Position numbers and translations under genes: made by a program
Notes under the pieces: model-generated
What the model saw: only the letters and a program-made list of their open reading frames with translations
Database searches by the model: none
Told to the model about the DNA's origin: nothing
NCBI GenBank assembly: GCA_964016885.1
Contig: OZ024742.1
Span: 88,536,001 to 88,600,000, forward strand
DNA length: 64,000 bases
DNA from: Eledone cirrhosa
Taxonomy: Eukaryota
Reading direction: 5' to 3'
In this document: piece after piece, positions 29,703 through 44,139 of the stretch
How positions within the stretch are numbered: position 1 is the stretch's first letter
How the letters are laid out: every line of letters begins with the position of its first letter

Positions 29703-32700
29703 CCTATGGGACAGATAATGATGCTGCATGTAACAGGTAAAATTAAATAGGGATGATATGTAAATGGTGATGAGTGAGCATAGTGAGTTGCTGCGAAAAC
29801 ATTAGAGGGTATAGGAATTCATAATACAAGAGAATGACAAGAATGGATGAGCATTACATGTAAGGAATGGAGGATATTGCAACTAAATGTATGCGCATGT
29901 AGAAATGAATCTCGAACGGTGTGCCAAATTATATAGTTTATTGTAAAACGTGAGTTTTTAAATTGGGTGCTGACAAAGTGTATGGCTGACCGATTAGAAA
30001 AACATAATTAAATGGAAATAAGCACACAAACTTATATATATATATATATATATATTAAAATAACAGATTAAAGTTTAAGCAAAGAATCGCTGCTTTCACC
30101 CTTAACGGGATCTTCTGAAACTAACAAAGTCAATCTGTGAACGCAGAAGTGAATATTTAAAAAAACGTTGCAGCCGGAGGAAGACAGGAAGACGATACTT
30201 TGGTTCGTGGAAACGTTCCCTGGCAAAAAACGGGAACAAACGAATATAATACCTCATTATTAGGAGCGGTGAAAAACAATTACACGCAAAGACAAAACCA
30301 CGTGTATGGTATAAAAGAAGTCGTAGACTATTCTATTAGGTGGTTCATAGAGACGTTCTCTGGCAATGAACGGAATAAACGAAGATAATACGTCATATGT
30401 GGATCGAGGAGAACAATTGCACGCAAAGACAAAACCACGTATTTACCTATACAACAAGTAAAATATAAACATAACATATACTGAGCTACCACATCAAGAC
30501 GTAAAATATTCGCGTATACTAACCGTTAGGGTATAATATGGGGCTGTATTACAGGAAAGTTTTGTGCAATTTATTTTTACAAGCCGAAATTGCCTCAGAT
30601 TTTTTGTTTAAATGTGGTCTTTGGCGTAGAGTATTTCCACGGCCTCAGCGGCGCAGAGGTCAAAAGGACTTTTATTTATTTTATTTTATTTAATATATTT
30701 ATTATATATATTTGTGTGTGTGTGTGTGTGAGTGTGTGTGTGAGTGTGTTGTATGTGTGTGTGTGTGTGTTGTTAGCTTTATTCCAATGTTACAGGACAG
30801 AATTCGTGTCTTCATAACTAGACAGGGAAAAAGAGTATGTTATTTTAGTATCTGGCCCGCGCAGAATTCATGCAACAGAAAAAATTTGCCAAATGCAACC
30901 GACGAAGAAGTTGTGGTATTAAACTGGCTAATGGATTAAAACTCTCTATGGATTTATTTTATCGGATATGCATTTGCAAACGCAGGCATACACGTAGGAA
31001 AAGCGTTCATTTCGTAATCTTAAGTTCCTGAATCGCATCCCATTGTGTATGCTTATTAAGTAATGAATTTCATTATGGCCTTACACGACCTAGTCATGTG
31101 ATTGAAGTCGAATAGAATTATATATGTTGGAACGAAGACTATTGGTTGCATTGTACCTGTAATTATGAGATCCTTCCTTCCCAAATATTGTGTCACGCTA
31201 ATTTTTGATAAACATTATTTAAGAGTTACGCGTATGGAATAATTAGGTACTTATTCGTTAATTTAACGAATAATTATTTCGTCTGATTCAGTTAGCGATC
31301 GCAATATCTCCATATGCGTACGTGTATTTGGACGCATATTGAAACCACTGTCTGTATTTTAGGTACATTTGTTAACATAACTCAAAATAATTACGAAAGA
31401 ATTTATATATAGCTATTGTTATGTGAGTATGTGAAATATGCCGAAATGAAACAAAACTAAGAGAGAAAAGCTAAAATAGAGCAGAGCAAGATAATGAGAG
31501 AATAGTAGATCTAATAGAAAAGGATAGAATGTGTTTAGTTTAAATATATTAAACGAGAAATGTGTCGATTCTTTTTCTCGACAAAATCATGTTATTCTAT
31601 TTGAGAATAATTACTTCACTTCTCCACAGCTCTCCCCACAATACTATTTAACGATTCTGTCTCTCTACTTATATTTTATTAAATTCGAACTTGTCCCAGA
31701 TTACCTGGATGATGGAACTCATTTATTTATCAATGACGTTTATATGACAACGTTGTTTATAACTGTTGATTCAGGTGTTAGAGATAGCAGGACATCTAAT
31801 CGTAGGAGTTTCATTTACTTCAAATATAGCAGAATGTATTTTGCTAACGGTTCGGGACGTTGATAATCATTTGTGAATAACAACGCCAAATACTTTCTTA
31901 GAATTTAGATATATTATGCTTTTCAATGATGAAGCTACTTTTGTTGAGGTTAGCTTTGCTAATGAAGAGAATTATTTTACAACTTCAAACGCCTTTCTTT
32001 GCATCTGTTGCTTTTCAGTCATCATGTCGTACTTTGGCAATTGTTTTGCAACAATATGCTTTTGGCCTGTAGCATTTTTCAAATGTATCACTTACTTCTA
32101 TATAATATGTTTTGTGCGGAGAACTCGACACAAGCTTGACATATCCTGTTCAGCGTTGCATAAATGTTAATTTACGGGTTGTAAAAAGCTACCCTGTAAA
32201 ACGGTTAATGTCTTTACCTTTAACAGACTACAAGATATTTCGCAGTTGAGTTTCCATTCAGTAATGTTGCAATACTTGAATCTTTCACTGCTCATGCTAT
32301 GTAATACTTTATTGGGAGATGAGTTATATTCATTTCATAGCATATTTAATCAACGATCACGGTTTTGTTTTTTATTTACATTCCAGTTCCCATAAAAAAA
32401 TTCTAGCTCATCTTCGGAGGAGAATTTGTTACGTTGTTACTATGACATTTCTTTCAACAATAGTTTTGTTCATGCTGATAAACACATACTTATAGTTGTT
32501 TATGATACCAATGCTTTTCTCCTACAAATAGCTATTCAAGTTTGAGGAAATTCGCTTTAATTGTCAGTGTACATCCTTTGTATTTCCTATACAGTTTGGT
32601 TAGTCTGTCAAGCAACCGCAGTTATCCTTCCACTATACATTATTTTCCTTGCATCTGGTGGTATTATCTTTATTGTCTCCTTCTCAGTGTGGTAATTTTC

Positions 32701-33868
32701 CTTGGAGAGAGATAAGTAATTTGGATTTGTTTCATGTGTTCTCACATTTGTTGATGCATGCTTACAACAGCAATACATTAGGATACTGAATATCTAAAAG
32801 CTGGGCATTTGAATTTGTATTAGGTGCATTAGCACAATGATCGATCACACATACTATCAAGCCAGTAGTCTTACAGTCTACTCGTATCAATCCATCTTTC
32901 TTTTTGTTTCACTTAAATTATGTTGTGATCTCTGTTATCAATTGTTTGTAATCGCTCATTTCTATCCGTCTATACGTATCTCAACAGAGTTTGTCAGATT
33001 TGTATTACTTAAAGGATTAATTTAATGGCCTGTTGAAACTTTTATTCGTTGACGAGTTTTGGAGAATCATTTTGCAGCCTTGTTTTCCCCTAATCGTAGT
33101 GTACTGCTGACGTGGCTTCGCATCTGTTTTTAAAAATCAGTCCTTTTTTTCATATCAATTTTAATTCGTTTCCACAATTTTTCCAAAGTCGCATTACGAT
33201 ACAGATATTAATACAGTTAAACATGTTATTGGAATTTCGGTCCTTAGTTCTGCAAGAGCTAACGCTCAAGTCAAAACAGATGTAGGTCTATCCAAAACGA
33301 AGGTAGGAGTAATCAACGTATTATTTATCAATTTTATTTTAACACCTGTTTATTGCGACAATTTTTCAAAATAAAAACAGTTGGGGAAGAATTCGTTTAA
33401 TTACGTAAGTACGTATGTACGCATGCATGTACGTAATAATGTATGTGTGTCTATATGTATGTAAATATGTGTGTTTATAAGTAATATATATGAATGTATT
33501 TTGGGGCATGTAAACACACATACGTGTATGATGGTATGATGGCTGCAACTCGATCTCCAGTAATGTTGCGGCTTGATATCTAAGCATCTACATCACGAAC
33601 GTGGCTTTCTACTCCTGCTAGGTACTTGCCTATGGCCATCAATGACATGCTTTGTAAAATATATCACGCATCAACCGATGCCTGTGATTGAAGCTTTTTT
33701 CAGTGTGGAGATGCTTTGCTTGGAGCCAATCCTAGTCTCTGAACATCGGATTGTTTGACCAAAGAAGAACTGCAAATGATGTCAGAGGTTTTAAATCAGA
33801 GTGACCTTCTCCTACAGAGATATCTTAATGAAGCCTAGTAGCCTCTCGTGACACAAAAAGAAACATAC

Positions 33869-33941
<73 letters not shown>

Positions 33942-33968
33942 CACATGCACATACACACACACGCTCAT

Positions 33969-34532
<564 letters not shown>

Positions 34533-34545
34533 ATATATATATATA

Positions 34546-34904
34546 TTAGAAAGTGAGGTTTTTTTTACAAAATGAAAAATAACCGAGGTGTCCTACACGA
34601 GTGAAAGTATAAACAAAAAGAGATAAAATCGAAAATGCAACTGGAGTCTTATTTTTTTTCTAAATATATATATTTATTTGGTTCCTTTACCGGTTTCGCA
34701 GTTCTTCTGCTTTTCAAAAGGTGAGTTGAGATGGAGCGTCTGTGGTTTTTCTCACATCTGTGAGAAAAACCACAGACCCTCCATCTCAACTCACCTTTTG
34801 AAAAGCAGAAGAACTGCGAAACCACCGGTAAAGGAACCAAATAAATATATATATTTATAAAAAAAATAAGACTCCAGTTGAATTTTCGATTTCATCTCTT
34901 TTTC

Positions 34905-34907
<3 letters not shown>
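34546..34907. mobile_element. short head-to-head foldback related to the 3' UTR of the Neptune-like family
   Basis: palindrome centred near 34757; left tail; atctcaa...ttttgaaaagc...accggtaaa shared with 48815-48862. Confidence 0.85.
34684..34721 (-). ncRNA. minimal type I hammerhead, U3-A8 variant (mirror copy at 34794-34834)
   Basis: reverse complement: cctt-TTGAAAA-gcag aagaa ctgc-GAAA-ccgg-TA-aagg. Confidence 0.8.
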
Positions 34908-34973
<66 letters not shown>

Positions 34974-34975
<2 letters not shown>

Positions 34976-35836
34976 CCCGCCTATACCAACATCGATCTTC
35001 GATCAGGCACGAGACAATGCGCTCCGTAACAACCCTCGCCGATAAAGCCTGGCAGCTTCGGAGGAACAATCAAGCGTTCTCCCTTGATTGGCAAATTATT
35101 GCAGTTGCGCCTGCATATCAGCAAAATCATCGATTCTGCAAGTTATGCAATTTAGAGATATACTGCATTTTAACGTCGGTAAACAAACTTTTGAACAGCA
35201 AAATTGAACGTTCTCTATACTGTAACCATCGTTTGAAAACGACTTTTTCTTTTTTTAAATGCATATAATGTTACCTTTTTACACCACCGTTGCAAATTTC
35301 TGTCTTATATGTTTATACACAGGATATGGCTTTCTATAATAATAGTACTAAATACTGTTTTTCTGGACCCCTTTACAAATAACCTGCTACTATAATAGCC
35401 CTAATAACTTGTTTGTGACACTGTACCCCTTTGACCCCTTTAACTAAATTTTGTCCGAACAACACCACTAGAAGTATCTACTTCCCCGCCAACCTTAGCA
35501 CGCTCCATTAAGCTAACTGCTGCCAAAACATTCTCTCCTCACAATCTCTACTAGTCTGACAGTCTTAAATCCTAAGACTCCCTCCACCTTACTCACTTCC
35601 CTCTTCCCCTCCTCTTCCTACCCCCTTCTTTATCTTTTATCTAGTGTATAAAATATTTTCATATCATTCTAATACAAAGGTCTGAAGACATGGTGTGTGT
35701 GCTTACAGTGTACATTCGGTTTATGATAATATTTGTATATTATTCAAATAGCGAGGTATAGGTAACCCATACACTATAGAAATAATTGTTACCTAATAAA
35801 TTCTATATACCCGCATTTCCATTTCGTAAACTTCTC
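34974..35836 (+). mobile_element. 5'-truncated PLE (Nematis-like GIY-YIG C-terminus plus 3' UTR) in (TA)n
   Basis: RLYQH...TTLADKAWQL...W.II...CKLCNLE...LLNSKIE...CNHR, homologous to ORF 50525-51178. Confidence 0.85.
35678..35794 (+). ncRNA. type I hammerhead with a long stem II insert
   Basis: aggt-CTGAAGA-atggtgtgtg...(about 67 nt)...catacactat-GAAA-taattg-TT-acct. Confidence 0.7.
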
Positions 35837-36200
35837 TATATATATATATATATATATGAATATATAGCCTAATTTAAAGTAGTAATGTATTTGTAAACAT
35901 AGTCACATCATATATTATTTTGTATCACAGCAACTTTCGCACATGTTTCATGGACTCGGAAAATAGAAATTAAAACGCGTATCATTGAAGAATGACTAGA
36001 GAAATGTACTGAAATAGCTATTCCATACTGTGGGCACATTCCAACTGATCTTCATCACTATTCCTATCAAACTCCTACGAAAGTGATTCCTGGTTTCAGG
36101 ACACGAGGTATTCGTTTCAGCTAATACACGCCCCAAAACGAAAATATTGTAGAATAGAGTGTGTGTGTATGTCTATGTTAATGTACACATATATATATAT

Positions 36201-36240
<40 letters not shown>

Positions 36241-36241
<1 letters not shown>

Positions 36242-36560
36242 GATAAAATATAATATACATCAGTTTTATAAACATACCCTTAAAGATGCAACCATTACTG
36301 TTGGAAGCTCCAACAGTAATGGTTGCATCTTTAAGGGTATGTCAATATTTATTTATAAAACTGTCTATATTATATTTTGTGTGATGAAAGCAAACCATAA
36401 TTTAACTTGAAATATGTATAATGAAATAAATATGGTTTTATAAATATAGTTTCCATTTGTTAATATCGTAGTTTTACTCCAAATATTTGTCGAGTGCTTT
36501 ATATCTGTTATAAAAATGTTTGCTTGTTGTATCCTAACAATTCAAATAGAACTTTTACAT
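36241..36560. mobile_element. short head-to-head foldback, same family as 34097-34532
   Basis: palindrome centred near 36306; degenerate HHR (GTGATGA...GAAA tatgta TA atgaaata) at about 36373-36428; family tail on the right. Confidence 0.8.
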
Positions 36561-36724
36561 ATATGTATATATATATATTGTTATACTTTGGGAGGGTCAT
36601 GTTGCCAATAAGAAACACACGCACCAGTTGCTTTCACTTTAATTTATTATATATTTATAAATTTACAAATTTATAAATTTCTGGTTGGTTGGTTGGTTCC
36701 ACAACCAGATAGTTGTTTATATAT

Positions 36725-36769
36725 AGTCATAGTTCTTTCGTCACACATTCTGTGACCTCTTCAGTGACT
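36725..36769 (-). ncRNA. minimal type I hammerhead in the PLE 1 3' UTR
   Basis: reverse complement: agtca-CTGAAGA-g gtcaca gaatg tgtgac-GAAA-gaac-TA-tgact. Confidence 0.8.
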
Positions 36770-36969
36770 AGGGATTCCTTTCTTTGTTTCTGTGCCTCTC
36801 CTTTGTTCTGGCCTACGCCATTTTGTTTCTGTGTGTGTGTTGTGTGCTCAGTCTGCGCATGCGCCACATCCGGGTGTCTGTGTGTGTTTATGTTCATTTA
36901 GCTATTTGTTTATTTACATGTTACTGGTTGGTTGTTTGTTCTATGTGTGTGTGTGTTTTCATTTTGTCC

Positions 36970-39290
36970 TTAATTGTAAGTTGTGATGTTGCTGTTCCAC
37001 TCATATTTTCTATTTAATTTTGGTTGTAATTCTTTTATGTTTATTGCCTCTGTAATTTGTCTAAACATTGCGTCTTTTCTGTGTGTAGATTCTATTTTTA
37101 TTTCTATGTTCTCTAATTTACCCTTGTATTCTATCTTAGCATGTTGGTAGAGTACAGATGATTCTTTATTATCTTGAAGGTCTCGCCAGTGTTCATTTAT
37201 CCGTTCCCCTACACTACAAGCTGTCTCACCTATGTACACTATATGTTTGTCTCTACATTGTCCTTCAGTACATCTTATGCTATACACTACATTTCTAGTT
37301 TTACAGTTAATGTGGGGGCATATTTTACAGGTTACACATTTCTTATCTATACATGAGGGTCTTTGAAAAGGGTATGTCTTGCTAATAAGTGTATTTACGG
37401 AGGTACCTGGTCTTTCTACTATCTTAATATTGAGTTTATGTTTATTTAGGGCCCTTCTAAATATGTAAGCTAGTTCACCTCTAGAGGTTGTATCGATGAA
37501 CATTACACTCTGGTATTTATTGCTATCATAACATGAGTTTATTCTATTAGCCTTGTTCCTAGTTCTTTCTATTCTATTCCAAAATTTGCTCCTATACAAG
37601 GGGCAGGTCCCATTTATGTCATTATTTATCATTTTTTCCCATTTGGTTCTGGCTCCTCTATACACTCTGATTCTATCTGTCTGATTGTAGCCAGGGAACT
37701 GCATACGGTGGATGAAGTGTTGTATGTGTCTCTCTAGTTCTTCGGGGTTGCATATGCGGGAAACATTTCTCATCACCCGTACCAAATCCGCAATCAGTAT
37801 GTTGATTTTGGTATGGTCCGAAATGGCCGAGTTTCGGTGGATCAGATGTTTGGAAGTCATGGGTTTGGCATAATGGGAATCGAGGATTTGTTTTTTGTTG
37901 TTAATGGTATCTAACCAGAGCTCTGTGTCTAGTACAGGTAATCGATGTTTGGGGTGTTTACTTGGGTAGTCTATAGTAACTCTAATGCTCTGGTGGATGG
38001 AGTTAGCTATTTGCTGGATGCTTTCCATTGTGTTTTTCTCTAGTTCCTGACTGTTTTCTAGTGGGGGTGTCTTAACTACGATGTTTATATCATCTACGTA
38101 GCGGGAGTACATTATCAGGGTTAAGGGGTCTTCTAATTGTTCTTTAAGTTTAAGTTTAAGTCTACTGTCCCACCATACCATGAATAAGTTAGCTATGTCG
38201 CCTGCAATGCTAACACCAATGGCTGCTCCTTCCTCTTGGGCATATGTTTTCCATTAAATTTGAACATATGTTCCTTAAGGGTTAGTTTTATGCTGGCCCC
38301 TACCGCATGTGCAATCATTTTCTTCAGTTCATCGTGGTTTTCGGGTGTCCGTATGGCTCTGGTCCACCCGTTCCATCTATCTGTGTGGGTTTTCTTGGCC
38401 ATTGAGGTAATGGTAGGTGGTCTTCCTCTTGCTGGTCTTGTAGGGCACAGGTTGCTAACGTCATATGTGTCTAGGTAACTATTACTATAGGTAAGCTTAA
38501 GTAGGAGTCCCAGCTCTCTGGTATAAATCCCACGGAACTCAACCTTGCTCTCACTGATCATTTCTACGCATTTCTCCACAGCAAAATCCACGTCAATAGA
38601 TGGATACAGGGACACAACATCCATACTGCTATTATGCAGTTTGTTAGGTCCCCGGATCGGTTACTCACGCCGATTCTGCTGAGGAGGTCCTCCGTGCTGT
38701 CACATACATCTGGGGACATTTCAATGATGGGGCGTATGATCAGGGAGATGAAGTAGGACAGTCTGTAATTACTAGCAATGTTAGCTCCACAGACTGGCCG
38801 TGTTGGTGGTCCCGCGACAGGGTCACAGCCCGTTTTATGGTCTTTTTGAAGCCCATACAACGCCGGCACGTCATTGTTCCAGGCCTGGAAGTTGTTGGCG
38901 GTCCTTTTGTTGGGCTGCATTATATTCGTCCACATCACCATATGGGCATTGATGGTTTTTTCTCTATCCTCATGCTCCTGTGGTGTTACCTCTCTTGTGT
39001 TAGTGATGTGGGGTTGCATTGCCTGGATGTAGTTTGGCAGGCTGTTAACCGACATTCTGCCAGACTTGTCTGTTGGAAAGCATGCTATCTCTCCATTACG
39101 TGAGCGCTGCATGAGCTTACGCAAGCCATTTGCAGATTTTTTCTCCCAGTTGCTGGGCCTCCATTCTATTATGCTCCTTGCTATACTGTTCTATAATATT
39201 TCTAAGTTCGGATCTAGCTATACTAAATTGTGCTTCTGTTCGTTTATTGACCGGCGACGGCAATCACGTGCGTTTATTAAATGGTTAAGT
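36970..39290 (-). pseudogene. frameshifted PLE polyprotein: RT plus Cys knuckle plus GIY-YIG endonuclease
   Basis: PTDKSGR, RPVCGA, MDVVSLYPSI, YSRYVDD, HYAKPM, CxxxxCxxC, NVVYSIRC...YIGET, HxxxxH. Confidence 0.92.
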
Positions 39291-39300
39291 CGTGGCGTGG

Positions 39301-39788
39301 AAGGGCCCTAAATAAACATAAACTCAATATTAAGATAGTAGAAAGACCAGGTACCTCCGTAAAAACACTTATTAGCAAGACATACCCTTTTCAAAGTCCC
39401 TCATGTATAGATAAGAAATGTGTAACCTGTAAAATAAGCCCCCACATTAACTGTAAAACTAGAAATGTAGTGTATAGCATAAGATGTACTGAAGGACAAT
39501 GTAGAGACAAAAATATAGTGTACATAGGTGAGACAGCTCGTAGTGTAGGGGAACGGATAAATGAACACTGGCGAGACCTTCAAGATAATAAAGAATCATC
39601 TGTACTCTACCAACATGCTAAGATAGAACACAAGGGTAAATTAGAGAACATAGAAATAAAAATAGAATCTACACACAGAAAAGACGCAATGTTTAGACAA
39701 ATTACAGAGGCAATAAACATAAAAGAATTACAACCAAAATTAATAGAAAATATGAGTGGAACAGCAACATCACAACTTACAATTAAGG
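39301..39788 (+). pseudogene. inverted duplicate of the PLE 1 GIY-YIG domain
   Basis: ORF 39281-39835 is nearly identical to the C-terminus of ORF 36970-38181. Confidence 0.9.
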
Positions 39789-39986
39789 ACAAAATGAAAA
39801 CACACACACACATAGAACAAACAACCAACCAGTAACATGTAAATAAACAAATAGATAAATGAACATAAACACACACAGACACCCGGATGTGGCGCATGCG
39901 CAGACTGAGCACACGACACACACACAGAAACAAAATGGCGTAGGACAGATCAAAGGAGAGGCACAAAAACAAAGAAAGGAATCCCC

Positions 39987-40031
39987 AGTCACTGAAGAGG
40001 TCACCGGATATGTGACGAAAGAACTATGACT
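39987..40031 (+). ncRNA. minimal type I hammerhead in the PLE 1 inverted arm
   Basis: agtca-CTGAAGA-g gtcac cggatat gtgac-GAAA-gaac-TA-tgact. Confidence 0.8.
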
Positions 40032-40222
40032 ATATATAAACAACTATCTGGTTGTGGAACCAACCAACCAACTAGAAATTTATAAATTTGTAAATTTATA
40101 AATATATAATAAATTAAAGTGAAAGCAACTGGTGCGTGTGTTTCTTATTGGCAACATGACCCTCCCAAAGTATAACAATATCGGTTTTAACACACGGTTT
40201 CAGATAAACAAATTCAGAAACG

Positions 40223-40419
<197 letters not shown>

Positions 40420-40902
40420 TATAGAGAGACAAAGACATAGAAGGAAGGGATAAACATACATGATTGCTTAGCTTGATTTAGACTGGGAAATATGACAAGC
40501 GAAGTTGATATATTATGCGCTCGGTGGGGTTTTGTGTCAGTAAAAGCAACAAATACAGTAGGTATGAGCAAAATAAAAGTTAGTGAAAATCGATAGAGAA
40601 AACAGTAGTATATACATAGTATAGTTTAGTAAAGAAAGTAAATTGAGCAGAGAAAGGTGAGAATTGGAAAGTAAATACGTGGCAGGGTAAGAAAACAGAA
40701 AGAGTGCCAGAATATGTGGGACAGAGAGAGAGTGAGAGAGAGATATAGATAGATATATATATAGAGAGAGAGACAGAGAGGTAGATAGATAGATATATAT
40801 ATAGAGAGAGAGACAGCGAGAGAGAGTAGAGATTGGAAGGGGTATGATAATAAAAAGATTAAGGAAGCGAAAAGATGAAAGAGTTAAAGTAACACAAAGA
40901 AC

Positions 40903-40951
<49 letters not shown>

Positions 40952-41189
40952 ACAGATTGCTGAGGCGTTCATGCAAAGCTTCAAAGTCACATTCCTATAT
41001 GTCAGTGAAGTCCATCTGGACCCGAAGCTATGTAAAGAAACATGACTAATTAGCTTCATTATTTTTTCTTCGCATCCATCAATTAAACCGTACATAACTG
41101 TGTTCCGGAACACATGCAACAAACGCGCAGCACACATATAAACACACTTCCTTGATTCACAGACATATGCTCGAAAGCAAACACATCTA

Positions 41190-41267
<78 letters not shown>

Positions 41268-41357
41268 GGTATTCGTAAGATGAGAAAAGATAGCAAAATA
41301 TGTTTAGAGAGTGCATTTATACACACATCAAATTTATCCAGTTTTCCACATATATAC

Positions 41358-41425
<68 letters not shown>

Positions 41426-41605
41426 TGAGAGAGAGGGAGGAGCGGAGCGAGTGTGTGTGAGATTGGTAGATATATATATAGATAGAGATAGATACAAAGA
41501 TAAAAGATACATTGTTATTTATATACATTGCATATACGCACATACACACACACACACACACACACAGAGAGACACACACACACATACATATATATACATA
41601 TATAT

Positions 41606-41907
41606 TCTTGTAATGTATTTGGATATTTCACGCAAGTTTAATCGTCTACCATTTTCTTATAATTAGGAATTTGACTTGTGATTCTCACCCACACCCACAA
41701 ACATACCTACAGACATACACTCATATACGCACATGTACACATAAATACACGCGCATGTACACATAAATACACGCACACTCGTGCGTATATGAGTGTATGT
41801 CTGTAGGCATGTTTGTGAGTGTGGGTGAGAATCACAAGTCAAATTCCTAATTGTAAGAAAATGGTAGACGATTAAACTTGCGTGAAATATCCAAATACAT
41901 TACAAGA
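41606..41907. repeat. foldback with arms of about 127 bp and a spacer holding a short direct duplication
   Basis: 41606-41732 / 41781-41907; catgtacacataaatacacgc occurs twice in the spacer. Confidence 0.85.
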
Positions 41908-42260
41908 CAAAAATAGGTAAAAATAATTAATACATTTTATATGCGTCATCTTATTTGACCGCGTATTCTGTAACCCGATGGTGATTCATTCCACGACTCA
42001 TATATACATATATTCCTAAATATTTATATTTGTATATTCATTTATCTTTTTAATGGTTTCGTGCATCATATTGCAGCCATCCCATGGCAACGTCTTCAAA
42101 TGAATTATTATCGAATATATCGAACCCAGGGCTTAGCTTATGAAATCTGGCCCATATTTTCTCGTCCGCTGTATGTCAAACACACACACGTACTAATACA
42201 CACACACTCACACACACACACTCATGCACACGCAGACACAGTCATTCACAAACACGCATT

Positions 42261-42441
42261 TGGATTGGCAGTATCGGTATAGGGTCGGACGCCATGCTTT
42301 ACAGCATAGTTAGGTTCATTTACGATCTGAGTTCAAATCCCGCGAGGTTGATTTTGCCTTCCATCTTTACGGGGTCGATAAAATAAAGTACCAGTAATGC
42401 ACCAGGTAAATGTTGGCCTTGTGCCTAAAGTAGAAACAATT
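42261..42441 (+). mobile_element. tRNA-derived SINE, family 1
   Basis: A and B boxes, core and tail. Confidence 0.88.
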
Positions 42442-42521
42442 ATATATGTATATATATATATGTATTTATTAAAATAACAGATTAAAGTTTAAGTCGCGAA
42501 ATTTATTATTATTACTATATA

Positions 42522-42624
<103 letters not shown>

Positions 42625-42767
42625 TATAGAGTGAAGCATGTCCTGAGAATTATTTGATATTATATATATACATCATCTCTACTCCCAATCAGCATAATTA
42701 TCCACACAAAAATCAATTAGACCAGGCTATAAGAATAAAAGGCATCTATGAAGAATTGGTGTATGTG

Positions 42768-42972
<205 letters not shown>

Positions 42973-43069
42973 TTGACGTTGGTAATGGCACATGGAATAT
43001 ATAAGAGACAGAATACTTTTTTGTGAAAAAACATAATTTTATAAGGTAAGGAAATAATAAAGGGTATAA

Positions 43070-43117
43070 AAAATGACCGGTTTCGATGGGTCTGCAAAAG
43101 CCATCTTTTCAAATGTT
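43070..43117 (-). ncRNA. type I hammerhead, U3-A8 variant, in a probable PLE 3' remnant (about 42970-43430)
   Basis: reverse complement: aacat-TTGAAAA-gatgg cttttgcagac ccatc-GAAA-ccgg-TC-atttt; weak stem I. Confidence 0.65.
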
Positions 43118-43427
43118 GATTAATATTAAGAAAAATTAATAATACGAAGAGTTAAAACTTGAGATTTGAAAATTCAAGTATAAAATTCATTGTGGGATTT
43201 CATAGCAGTTTTCATCTAGGTAGCAACAACAGGTTGACTGCTGTGTTCCTTTCTGGTAGTGAATGAGAAGTTATTTGGGGTGTGGGTTATTTTATAAAGG
43301 TCATATTTAGCAATCGTCAACTGGCCAGCTGCTGGTCAGTGAGGGGGTGGAAGCAATATACATACACATATCTTCCTGTGGTGGATAGGAGAGTGGAGCG
43401 CCTTCGTTTTGTGTAGAAAATTACACT

Positions 43428-43624
<197 letters not shown>

Positions 43625-43829
43625 TACTTGGGGAGGGTCATATTTGTGTAATATTGCCAGAATTAATAACAGAACACACTCACTGTTTGGTTGGTTTTCT
43701 CTTCTCGCTGTCTTTTATATCTGCGATCTAACTTAATCGGTACTCAATGTTGCCATTGACTGACCGGCGGTCAAAAATAATACAGATACAATATAGACAC
43801 AAACACATATATATAGTTTACATAATTTA

Positions 43830-43867
43830 CATAAATCTTTCGTTGCACATCTGCAACATCGTCAGTG
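43830..43867 (-). ncRNA. hammerhead core in the PLE 2 3' UTR (mirror copy at 47481-47518)
   Basis: ca-CTGACGA-t gttgca gatg tgcaac-GAAA-gatt-TA-tg; stems I and III weak. Confidence 0.6.
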
Positions 43868-44139
43868 GTGTTATATTTTTTCCTCCTGTTGTGTTGTATG
43901 TCTACGGCATTTTTTATTCAGTCTGTCTATATATTTATTTATTTGCTTGTTTGTTTATTTCATTTTCTCTTCTTTGCACATGCGTTTGCGTGTGTGTACA
44001 GTGTTCTGTGTGCTGTGTGACTAGTGTGTATAGTGGTGTGTCTGCTGGGTGACTAGTGTGTGTTTATGTGCTTGTTGTTATTGTGCTTGTGTATGTATTT
44101 ATTTATCTTATTTTATTTTATTTTATTTATTTACTTATT

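Noticed and set aside
31650-32780. Possible decayed hAT/BED-type transposase on the minus strand
   Set aside because: Only a vague SSL.R.LRTKH resemblance; cannot be supported without a search
42045-42105. TTGAAGA...GAAA on the minus strand near the 41606 foldback
   Set aside because: Stems I and III do not close
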